From Eubacteriales bacterium (GTDB lineage: Bacteria; Bacillota; Clostridia; Oscillospirales; CAG-272): DNA of 61,783 bases. The DNA lies in contig JAZQJQ010000086.1 of NCBI GenBank assembly GCA_045541735.1, positions 1 through 61,783 of the forward strand. Direction: 5' to 3'. The notes under the pieces are model-generated. The model did not search any database and was not told where the DNA came from. It saw nothing but the letters and a program-made list of their open reading frames with translations. Of this stretch, positions 53,982 to 61,783 are shown piece by piece; positions within the stretch are counted from its first letter, which is position 1; every line of letters begins with the position of its first letter. The translations under genes and the position numbers were made by a program.

Positions 53982-56900
53982 ATGAATAGTATTACAGCTA
54001 AAAGATCTATTCTGCAAAATATTGTCTCGGTAGTGCTCTTTCTTATGATCTCGGCGGCTTTGTTCGGCTGTTCCGCGCAGGGCGGCCCCGTAGAGGGACC
54101 CGATGGCACGGCAGACAGCACAACAGACGTTACAGCAGACGTTACAACAGACGGTACGACTGACGGTACGACCGAGGCGATAGAGGAGGAACCGCCGATG
54201 GTGGAGATAGACGAGCCTGTGGACGGGCTTCAGGTGCATTATAAATTTGACGAAACGGGCGGCACAGTCGCAAAGGATTCGTCCGGCAACGGCTTTGATG
54301 CAACGGTTTACGGCGATGCGGAATGGATAACCACCAAGGATGGCGCAGGTGTTGCTCTTTCGCTCGATAACAGCGGAGGATCCGCAAAATACGTGGAAGT
54401 GCCTGCCGAGGTAATGAGTAACGTTACGGGGGACTTTACCGTCAGCCTTTGGGTAAAGGTAAAGGATGCCCCCGGGGTTTCCCGCGTCTTTGATTACGGA
54501 ACCGATACCTCGAACGTAATGTTTATGACGGCGGGCAAGTACATATTCAAGATGGATAACAGCGCAAGTAAAAGACTTGTGCCCCCGCCCAACCGCTATA
54601 AAGCGGATCAGGAGGGATTCCCCACGGGATACCTCTATCCCGAAGAGTTTTCCGTGCCGAGATGGCAGCATATAACCGTTACACGTAAGGGAGAGCTGAC
54701 CTCTCTGTGGATAAACGGTTACAGGTGGGCAAGCGGTGAGTTTGCAACGGTAAAGCCGCGCACTGGAGAGAATTACAAGTTTTATATAGGAAGATCCAAT
54801 TGGGCGGTCGATCCGTATTCGAGTATGGAAATTAAGGATTTCCGTATTTATGACCGCTCGCTCTCCGTTGAGGAGATAAATGCCGTAATGTACTACGGCG
54901 AGTGGCGCGATGAGATACAGGTACACTATGCCATAGACAGCATCAAGCTTCCCGATCTTGCAAAGGTCACTGAAAATCTTTATCTGCCGACACTTGTGAA
55001 CGATAAGGTAAAGGTCGAATGGTCTTCAAGCGATGATAGCGTAGTGCAAACAAGCGGATACATCGGTGTTGTCCACCGCCCCGAGGCGGATAAGGCGAGT
55101 GCCGACGTAAAGCTGACGGCAACGTTCAAGTACGGGCGCTGTTCCGAATCCGTTACCTACGATGCTGTTATTCTTCCGAAAGCAAAGAACGGAGTACAGT
55201 ATACGTTAACGGTCGATGTTAATGACGTACTGCACGAAATGAGCGAGACTATGTACGGCGTGTTCTTTGAGGATATCAGCCTTGCGGGGGACGGCGGTCT
55301 TTATCCCGAATTATTAAGGAATACCTGTTTTCATGATTCGCCTACTACCATTCCGTACTGGCATCTGTATACTACGGACGGCGCAAAGGGAACGATGCGC
55401 CTTAACAAGATTGACAAGCTGAACGATGCACAGTTCCAGCATCTCAGGCTCAGCATTACCGAAATGACGGAAGGCGGTACCGTTGGCTTGCGTAACGAGG
55501 GCTACAACGGTATGGAGCTGGAGAAGGGCGAAAATTACCTTCTCACCTTCTACGCGCGCGCAGAGGATTTCACGGGAAGTGTAAGCGCAAAGCTTCTCAG
55601 CGCAACGGGTGAGGATATCTCTGCACCCGTTACGGTAAAGTCGCTTACGTCCGAATGGGCGCAGTATTCCCTTAGCTTAACACCGAGCGTATATGCCGCG
55701 CAGGGCGAGCTTGTTCTCTATTGCGAGGGAGATACGGGAACGGTATATTTTGATGTGGTCTCTCTTTTCCCCGAAAAGGTTTTCGGAAAGTCGGGCTTGA
55801 GGATCGATATGGCAGAAACGCTGAAGGCGTTGAGCCCAACATTCCTGCGCTTCCCGGGCGGCTGTTACATAGAGGGAAAGACATTGGATCAGTCCTTCCG
55901 TTGGAAAAACACGCTTTACGGCAAAGAGGACAGAGCAGGCCATGACAATGTTTGGGGCTACCGTGTAACGGACGGTCTCGGATATTACGAATTTCTGCTT
56001 CTTTGCGAGGATCTCGGCTGTGAGCCGCTCTATGTATGCGGCATCGGTATCGCCCACAACCAAAATGAGGACTGGGCATTCTGGGTACAGGATACTCTGG
56101 ATGCTATCGAATTTGCAAACGGCGGCATAGATACGAAATGGGGCAAGGTCCGCGCGGAGATGGGACACCCCGAGCCGTTCAATCTGAAATACGTGGAGAT
56201 AGGCAACGAGGCGAATTTCCAGCTTGAGAGGTACAGCGAGCGTTATCAGGATTTTTATGATGCCATAAAAGCAAAATATCCCGAAATGAACCTTATTGCA
56301 GACTGTGCACTGGAGGGAAAGACAATAGATGCGGTAGACCTGCACTATTATGATAAGCCGCAGTGGTTTATTGACAATGCATACTTGTTCGATGGCTTCG
56401 GAAGTGTGCCGTACAAGGTATACGTCGGCGAATATGCGGCGGCAAAATTCCAGGGCCTGCAGAATCTGTATGCCGCAATAGGAGAAGCCGCATTTGCACT
56501 CGGTATGGAGCGGAATTCCGACGTTGTGACCATGACCTCCTACGCACCGCTGTTTACTAACATAAACCATCAAAGCTGGGGAATGTCTGCAGCATACTTT
56601 GACAGCTCAAGGATCTATTACTCCCCCTCCTATTACGTGCAGAAGATGTTTGCGGAGCGCGTGGGCGACGAGCTTCTTGATGCCAGGCTAAGTGCAAGCG
56701 ACGGCTCGTATGACGTTACGAATGAGATCTCGGGCGGTGTCGGACTTGCGACTTGGAATACAAGCGTAACGTTCAGAGACATAAAGGTAACCTCCAACAA
56801 GGACGGTACAGTTCTGTTTGACGGCGACGATTCGACCTTACGGGATTGGAGAAGCAGTAAGGGTCAATGGGTGGTCAGAAGCGGAAAAGTGATCCAGTCG

Positions 56901-57545
56901 CAAATTGCCACAGACTGCCGCATATGGATAGACGGAAAGGATTGGACGGATTATACCTATGAGGTGACCGCAAGGAAGAACAGCGGAAAGGAAGCGTTCA
57001 TCATCCTTGTCGGTGAAAAGGATACGAATAACGTATTCTTTATAAATCTCGGCGGTTGGGACAATACCAAGAGCGCAATACAGCGCATCGAAAACGGCGT
57101 AAAAGCCTCCGTTACCAATGCGGTAAGCGGAGCTTTTGAGGCAAACCGCGATTATAAGATAAAGATCGTCGTATCCCAAAACCGTATAAGCGTATACGTG
57201 GACGGAGCGCTCTTCCTTGAGTACAACAAGAATTATATTCCAGACAGCCCATTGCATTATGCTGTACAGCGTGATAACGAAACGGGTGATATTATTATCA
57301 AGGCTGTTAACGTTTCGGATAAGGATTATACGGTAGACCTCAAGCTTCTCGGTGCGGAAAGCATCGGATCGGCAGAGGCAACGGTAATGACTGCCGAAAA
57401 CAAATACGAGGAGAACTCGTTCGATAATCCCGAAAACGTTGCTCCCGTTAACGTTCCCATAACAAATGCAAGTGAGGATTTTGAGTATACCTTTATGCGC
57501 AATTCGGTCACGGTGATCGTGATATCTGCGGGGAATGCGGAATGA
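53982..57545 (+). CDS. Secreted multidomain GH51-type alpha-L-arabinofuranosidase (LamG-like N domain, CBM-like domain, GH51 core, lectin-like insert)
   Basis: Signal/lipobox-like FLMISAALFGCSA. LamG-type DFTVSLWVKVKD...WQHITV. GH51 core FLRFPGGCYIEG and YVEIGNE. Confidence 0.8.
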   Translation: MNSITAKRSILQNIVSVVLFLMISAALFGCSAQGGPVEGPDGTADSTTDVTADVTTDGTTDGTTEAIEEEPPMVEIDEPVDGLQVHYKFDETGGTVAKDSSGNGFDATVYGDAEWITTKDGAGVALSLDNSGGSAKYVEVPAEVMSNVTGDFTVSLWVKVKDAPGVSRVFDYGTDTSNVMFMTAGKYIFKMDNSASKRLVPPPNRYKADQEGFPTGYLYPEEFSVPRWQHITVTRKGELTSLWINGYRWASGEFATVKPRTGENYKFYIGRSNWAVDPYSSMEIKDFRIYDRSLSVEEINAVMYYGEWRDEIQVHYAIDSIKLPDLAKVTENLYLPTLVNDKVKVEWSSSDDSVVQTSGYIGVVHRPEADKASADVKLTATFKYGRCSESVTYDAVILPKAKNGVQYTLTVDVNDVLHEMSETMYGVFFEDISLAGDGGLYPELLRNTCFHDSPTTIPYWHLYTTDGAKGTMRLNKIDKLNDAQFQHLRLSITEMTEGGTVGLRNEGYNGMELEKGENYLLTFYARAEDFTGSVSAKLLSATGEDISAPVTVKSLTSEWAQYSLSLTPSVYAAQGELVLYCEGDTGTVYFDVVSLFPEKVFGKSGLRIDMAETLKALSPTFLRFPGGCYIEGKTLDQSFRWKNTLYGKEDRAGHDNVWGYRVTDGLGYYEFLLLCEDLGCEPLYVCGIGIAHNQNEDWAFWVQDTLDAIEFANGGIDTKWGKVRAEMGHPEPFNLKYVEIGNEANFQLERYSERYQDFYDAIKAKYPEMNLIADCALEGKTIDAVDLHYYDKPQWFIDNAYLFDGFGSVPYKVYVGEYAAAKFQGLQNLYAAIGEAAFALGMERNSDVVTMTSYAPLFTNINHQSWGMSAAYFDSSRIYYSPSYYVQKMFAERVGDELLDARLSASDGSYDVTNEISGGVGLATWNTSVTFRDIKVTSNKDGTVLFDGDDSTLRDWRSSKGQWVVRSGKVIQSQIATDCRIWIDGKDWTDYTYEVTARKNSGKEAFIILVGEKDTNNVFFINLGGWDNTKSAIQRIENGVKASVTNAVSGAFEANRDYKIKIVVSQNRISVYVDGALFLEYNKNYIPDSPLHYAVQRDNETGDIIIKAVNVSDKDYTVDLKLLGAESIGSAEATVMTAENKYEENSFDNPENVAPVNVPITNASEDFEYTFMRNSVTVIVISAGNAE

Positions 57546-57567
57546 TAAAGTCTGCGTGAGAATATTT

Positions 57568-57599
57568 AAAGAGCATCGCGGCGGCGATGCTCTTTTTTT
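57568..57599 (+). terminator. Intrinsic terminator
   Basis: aaagagcatcgc-ggcg-gcgatgctcttt followed by tttt. Confidence 0.8.
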
Positions 57600-57753
57600 G
57601 CGGATGGCATCCGCCCGTTAAGGGTTTAGAGTTTAGAGTTAAGAGTTCCGCTTTGCGGAACGTTATGATATGATCGCCGTGTTGCTTCAAACTGTGCCAT
57701 AGGCACATCATAGCTTGGCGCAGCCAATCATAACTCGCCGCGGGCGATCATAG
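57600..57753 (+). repeat. Family C mini-hairpin array, copy C2
   Basis: gcggat-ggc-atccgc, then gtttagag x2, then ttccgc-ttt-gcggaa. Three further units follow: tgtgcc-ata-ggcaca+tcatag, ttggc-gca-gccaa+tcataa and tcgcc-gcg-ggcga+tcatag. Confidence 0.75.
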
Positions 57754-57774
57754 TTGGGAAATACTGCTTAACGC

Positions 57775-59088
57775 TCATTGCGCGTTAAGCAGTATCTCCC
57801 ACGTAACAGCGCCGGCTCTGCCGTTGGGTTCTATGCCGTAGAGACGCTGTACGGCCTTTACGGCTTCTTCGGTGGCGGCGCCGAATACTCCGTCCTCGCT
57901 TACGGACGGAATATCGGGGTCGTTAACCGCCGCACCGTTTATGAGGCGCTGCAGGGTACGCACGTCCTCTCCCTCCATACCCCGGGTAAGTACTATTCCG
58001 GGGAACGCATTGCTCTCGTCGGGCAGGGTGGCAAGTATTGCTTCATAGGTTCTCAGAAGGGCATTCCACGTTGTCCTTTCGGTTATTCCGGTAACCGGCA
58101 GACCGTAGAGCGCCTGAAAGGCGCGTACTGCGTTTTCTGTTTCCGTGCCGTATATAAGATCGACCGTGACAGGCTGAATCTGCGGTGCGGCGGCGGCAAC
58201 GGCATTCAGAAGGATCTGTAATGTGCCGACGCCGATGCCCGTACTGCCACGCTCCAATCTTGTGTCAAATTGCCGCCTTACCTCATCGGGAGTTATGCCC
58301 TCGCTGTTCACGTCGTTTAAACGCTTTACTCCGTTATAGATGTTTATTATCTTGTACCAGGTGCCCTTGCCAACGATTCCGTCCTCGGCAAGGTTAAAGA
58401 TATTCTGAAAATCACGCACTGCACGCTCGGTCTGCACACCGAAGTAGCCGTCAGTTTCCGGTATCATCGTAATGGATGGGTAATTTCTGCGTATGCGGTT
58501 GAGCCGTAGCTGCAGACTGCGCACGTCCTCGCCCGCGCTTCCGAGTCGCAGGGGAATGCCGGGGTAGGATTCCTCAATATTTCCTATCGGAGCATCGAAG
58601 ATTATGTTTATATCGTTGCCGTAGTAGCTTTGCAGAATTTCATATGGGGAGAGTCCGTTGTTTGCAAGCGTTACCGTGCCCCATTGCGAAAGACCGGTGC
58701 AGCTTACCTCGCGTCCGTCGCAGTACTGCGCAAAAAGCGGTTGTACCTGGCCTTGGCGGACTATATAATCGTTAAAAATATCGTCTACAACACGCGACAC
58801 GTTTTCAAAAATATCTCTGTTTGGCACGTAGCTTTGGTCAAACGCCGTGGAGTTGGTTATATCAAAATCATATCCGCGTGAGCGGTAGTATTCCGTGTAT
58901 ACGCGGTTCAGGGCATAGGATATCTGGGCAAGCACGTTTGCCCGTATCGCGTTTTCGGGCCAAGTGGGATATATCTCGCTTGATGCTACGTTTTTAATGT
59001 AATCGGCAAACGGTACGGTGACGTTCGGCGCATTTGCCGTTGGTCTTCCAAGGTGGACGGTTATGTTCTCGGGTACTGTTATTGCCAT
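57775..59088 (-). CDS. Cell-wall protein: SpoIID/LytB-like N-terminal region (tentative) plus three PG_binding_1 repeats
   Basis: VPFADYIKNVASSEIYPTWPENAIRANVLAQISYAL resembles the SpoIID motif. Three copies of G..G.DV..LQ..LN...DG.FG..T..AV..FQ. Confidence 0.65.
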   Translation of the reverse strand: MAITVPENITVHLGRPTANAPNVTVPFADYIKNVASSEIYPTWPENAIRANVLAQISYALNRVYTEYYRSRGYDFDITNSTAFDQSYVPNRDIFENVSRVVDDIFNDYIVRQGQVQPLFAQYCDGREVSCTGLSQWGTVTLANNGLSPYEILQSYYGNDINIIFDAPIGNIEESYPGIPLRLGSAGEDVRSLQLRLNRIRRNYPSITMIPETDGYFGVQTERAVRDFQNIFNLAEDGIVGKGTWYKIINIYNGVKRLNDVNSEGITPDEVRRQFDTRLERGSTGIGVGTLQILLNAVAAAAPQIQPVTVDLIYGTETENAVRAFQALYGLPVTGITERTTWNALLRTYEAILATLPDESNAFPGIVLTRGMEGEDVRTLQRLINGAAVNDPDIPSVSEDGVFGAATEEAVKAVQRLYGIEPNGRAGAVTWEILLNAQ

Positions 59089-59089
59089 A

Positions 59090-59812
59090 TTACTCCTCCG
59101 TGCCGCGGGGCAGAAATACGACCGGCTGAATGGATTTTACCCCCGCAAATACGGGAACGCCGGAAAAAACTGCGGTGCGGTAATCGGGGTGGGAAACGCT
59201 TACGTTGTATTCTGCAAAGGGGTTTTGTGAGCCGGGTATCTGCGAGGACGAGCGATCGGGGGCGGGGAGTATCAGACCGTCCGCAACCCCGTCACCATTG
59301 GTTTTTACCGCGTAAAGCACTTTTTCGCCGTCCTTAAACGGTGCGCTGACGGTAACAAGCGCGCCCGAAACGGGAAGCCCCTGAGCGCCGATATATGCCT
59401 GAACGCGCAGTATCCCCGTTTGGGGATTGGCGGCGATAAATTCCTCGTAGGTAAGATCTGCCGTATAAGGTGCCTTGCCGAGATCCGAACTTTCTCCGTT
59501 TATCATCTCCACGCTTGCCTCGGGGAATACACGCTCCTCCACTTCGGAATTACCGGGTGTTAAGGGAGTATAGGTGTTATTCTCATCGGAATTATTGGGT
59601 GTTAACGTCGTGTGAGTGTTATCAACCTCGGAATTATTGGGTGTTAATGCCGTGTGAGTGTTATCAACCTCGGAATTATTGGGCGTAAGGGAGGTTTGGG
59701 TGTTATCTTCTGCAGAATTAACGGGTGATAAGGCGGTGTAGGCGTTATCCTCCGCGGATATATTGGGTGATAAGGCGGTGTAGGCGTTTTTTCGCTTTCT
59801 TGATATGTACAT
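59090..59812 (-). CDS. Repeat-containing protein with a C-terminal carboxypeptidase-regulatory-like beta-sandwich, function unknown
   Basis: Six 14-aa repeats (T.T.LTPNNSEVDN), then GILRVQAYIG...VTVSA...YNVSVSHPDYR. Confidence 0.65.
   Translation of the reverse strand: MYISRKRKNAYTALSPNISAEDNAYTALSPVNSAEDNTQTSLTPNNSEVDNTHTALTPNNSEVDNTHTTLTPNNSDENNTYTPLTPGNSEVEERVFPEASVEMINGESSDLGKAPYTADLTYEEFIAANPQTGILRVQAYIGAQGLPVSGALVTVSAPFKDGEKVLYAVKTNGDGVADGLILPAPDRSSSQIPGSQNPFAEYNVSVSHPDYRTAVFSGVPVFAGVKSIQPVVFLPRGTEE
59534..59785 (-). repeat. Six tandem 42-bp in-frame coding repeats
   Basis: AYTALSPNISAEDN / AYTALSPVNSAEDN / TQTSLTPNNSEVDN / THTALTPNNSEVDN / THTTLTPNNSDENN / TYTPLTPGNSEVEE. Confidence 0.9.
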
Positions 59813-60010
59813 AACTGCTCCTTTTACGGTTTTAATAACATCTTATGCACGCTCTGTATGTTTGCTGACTTTTTTGATTACAAAATATCGTTATTTTAAC
59901 ACAAGAACTATTACAAATTTTGTAAAACCGTTGATTTGCACAGTTAAGATAATGTAAAATCAATATGTATTACTGTGCAAATGAATATTGAATCTGAAAG
60001 GTTTTTTGTT

Positions 60011-61783
60011 ATGGAATACGCATACAGAGTAGAAGAGGGACGAATCGTTCTTACCGCAAACGGAAAGGACGTCGCCTATCTCAATGCGGTTAAGGGGGCC
60101 GTTGATACCCTTACCGAGATAGAACCCGGCGCTTGGCGCTGGACGAGAAGAACGGACGTGCCCGTTTCCGAAATGAGAATGGAGATGGACACCGCGTACG
60201 TTTCGAATTATACTATGGTTCCGGCGGTCAACTACAACGGTAACGGCTGGGGCGACAGCGTTGAGTACACGGGTGATAACTGCAACGGTATTCCGTGGAC
60301 ATATGCTTATCATCGCTGTACTATTCCCGCGTGCACGTATACGGAGGGACCCGAGTACGGAGCTGCGATGATGTGCGAGGATACCGATAAGGCAAGCTGC
60401 TCTCTTTATAAGCCGGCAAGCAAAGATTTTACCCGCCATGCGCTTATCTGGCCCGAGCAGGAGGGACCCAAGGTCCTTTACCGTCACGAGTGGGCGCCCA
60501 ATGACTATCTCGGAACCATGGAGCCGAGATGCGAGTTTAATGCTATAATCACAGTTTTCCCCATCGAGCTTCCTCGCCATCAGGTTCGCACCTTACTTGA
60601 TTTCGCTTGGCGCTACTACGGCCACGATATGAAACCCGAATACAGCGCGCAGAAGCTCTGGGAGCTTTCCATCGCGTTTATGAAGAGCCTCTGGACGCTG
60701 GAAAGCGACGGCTTCGTTGCATTCAACCGCGGTCTGCAGTGGTACCCCAAGGAGTGCTACTTCGGCAAGCGCAACGCTATCCGCTACGAGATAGGCTGGG
60801 TAGGTCAGAGCGCTTCCGCATCCAACGCACTGCTTGAAAACTACCTCCGCACCGGCGATAAGGATAGCCTTGATAAGGCTATCGCGTGCCTGGATGCCTG
60901 GATCAAGTTTACTCACATCGAGGGCGCGCCTCACGGACTGCGCTACATAAAGTTCGACTCTGCTCCCTCCGTTCAGGAGAGATACATTCCCCTCGACGCC
61001 TGTAACCTCGGTCAGGGAGCTTTCCAGTACTTTGAAGCATACGATAAGGCAAAGAAGTGCGGACTTGATAAGCCTGAGTACCTTGATTTTGCATACGGCA
61101 TCTGTGATTTTGCAGTTAATGCACAGCACGAAAACGGTGAGTTTGCAAAGAGCTGGAATCACGACGGAACCGTAAACCAGCAGAGCGGTACTATCGGATG
61201 CTTCCTTATTCCTCCGCTTGTCGTTGCTTATGAAAAGAGCGGAGACAAGAAGTACCTTGATGCCGCTGTGCGCGCATTTGATTGCTATTATGCTGAGCTT
61301 TACGATAACGGCTTTACCACCGCTGGTGCGCTCGATACCTACTGCATAGACAAGGAGTCGGCATCGCCCCTGCTTTCCGCCGCTATCTCCCTTTACGATG
61401 CAACTAAGGACGAAAAGTATATCACCGCCGCAGAGTATGCCGGCTGGTATATCTCCACTTGGATGATGCACTATACGGCGATCTATCCCGAGGAGAGCGC
61501 GCTTACCGAGATCGGCTACGATTCTATGGGCGCGACAGCCGTTTCCACCGCGCATAACGCGATAGACCAGTACGCACTTCACGACGTTATCTCCTTTATG
61601 CGCCTCGCGGAGCTTACGGGCAACCGCCAGTGGCACGAGCGCGCGCTTGCGTTCTGGTTCGGCGCAAGCCAGCTTATCTCCGACGGCACTCTCTGCATTT
61701 CCGGCAGAGTACGTCCCGCCGGCTCGCAGGACGAGGCAGTATTCCATACCCGCTGGGGCAGACCGGGTCTTGCACCCTTTAAC
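60011..61783 (+). CDS. Six-hairpin (alpha/alpha)6-barrel-like protein, probably a glycosidase or lyase of unassigned family; 3' end outside the window
   Basis: I translated frame 60011 by hand to the window end: 591 codons with no stop (MEYAYRVEEGRIVL...RWGRPGLAPFN). Periodic W..G...Y..TGD.KYL..A-type helical-hairpin signatures. Missing from the ORF track, which lists only antisense ORFs here. Confidence 0.7.
   Translation, partial: MEYAYRVEEGRIVLTANGKDVAYLNAVKGAVDTLTEIEPGAWRWTRRTDVPVSEMRMEMDTAYVSNYTMVPAVNYNGNGWGDSVEYTGDNCNGIPWTYAYHRCTIPACTYTEGPEYGAAMMCEDTDKASCSLYKPASKDFTRHALIWPEQEGPKVLYRHEWAPNDYLGTMEPRCEFNAIITVFPIELPRHQVRTLLDFAWRYYGHDMKPEYSAQKLWELSIAFMKSLWTLESDGFVAFNRGLQWYPKECYFGKRNAIRYEIGWVGQSASASNALLENYLRTGDKDSLDKAIACLDAWIKFTHIEGAPHGLRYIKFDSAPSVQERYIPLDACNLGQGAFQYFEAYDKAKKCGLDKPEYLDFAYGICDFAVNAQHENGEFAKSWNHDGTVNQQSGTIGCFLIPPLVVAYEKSGDKKYLDAAVRAFDCYYAELYDNGFTTAGALDTYCIDKESASPLLSAAISLYDATKDEKYITAAEYAGWYISTWMMHYTAIYPEESALTEIGYDSMGATAVSTAHNAIDQYALHDVISFMRLAELTGNRQWHERALAFWFGASQLISDGTLCISGRVRPAGSQDEAVFHTRWGRPGLAPFN

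Noticed and set aside
52389-54926. Minus-strand ORFs of 353 aa (52389-53450) and 452 aa (53568-54926)
   Set aside because: They are antisense to the two GH51 genes and their translations lack any recognisable motif.
57620-57753. CRISPR-like appearance (gtttagag gtttagag, regularly spaced units)
   Set aside because: The conserved part is only 6-8 nt and the units are about 20 nt. The variable parts are self-complementary hairpins rather than spacers, and no cas genes are present.
59960-61747. Minus-strand ORFs of 206 aa and 384 aa
   Set aside because: They are antisense to the uninterrupted 591-codon plus-strand frame starting at 60011. Their sequences are R/C/L-rich and implausible.

Overview
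This is a 61.8 kb chromosomal segment that reads like a Clostridia-class Firmicute. The evidence is GGAGG-type ribosome binding sites, several near-consensus TTGACA-17-TATAAT promoters, and the gene content (yajC, mreBCD plus PBP2, a SpoIID-like wall protein, thiI, three M42 peptidases). I support about 50 protein genes, and most are housekeeping. They include cysE-cysS-tmk, alaS, ung, a Pho-type module (Na/Pi symporter plus response regulator and histidine kinase, with a Pho-box-like repeat), and the minus-strand run murD / three M42 peptidases / ynbB-like / lipoprotein / nifS-like. Also present are mntP, comFC-nnr-nudix-radC, thiI-proB, a U32 protein, mreBCD-mrdA-nth and mscL-tcdA. Carbohydrate genes are a GH2, an AraC regulator with two GH51 arabinofuranosidases, two tandem orphan solute-binding lipoproteins, and a 3'-truncated six-hairpin-like protein that the ORF track misses. 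I found no rRNA, tRNA, CRISPR array, prophage or recognisable defence operon. The unusual content is non-coding. Nearly every long 3' intergenic region holds GC-rich hairpin modules from several recurring families, here called R, A, B, C and D. In each family the linkers or cores are conserved while the stems differ but stay complementary. Family R is REP-like and GTAG-headed. A RAYT-like HUH/Y1 transposase gene is translationally coupled to nth and carries exact copies of these REPs inside its own ORF. Family B is a conserved 26-nt core sitting in the loops of otherwise unrelated intrinsic terminators, and a copy of it lies in frame inside murD. Two identical B copies bracket a low-GC two-gene cassette (SLOG/DUF2493-like protein plus XRE regulator) near the window centre. 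That cassette and the RAYT/REP system are my best candidates for something undescribed. All functional calls come from motif recognition by eye and no database search was run.
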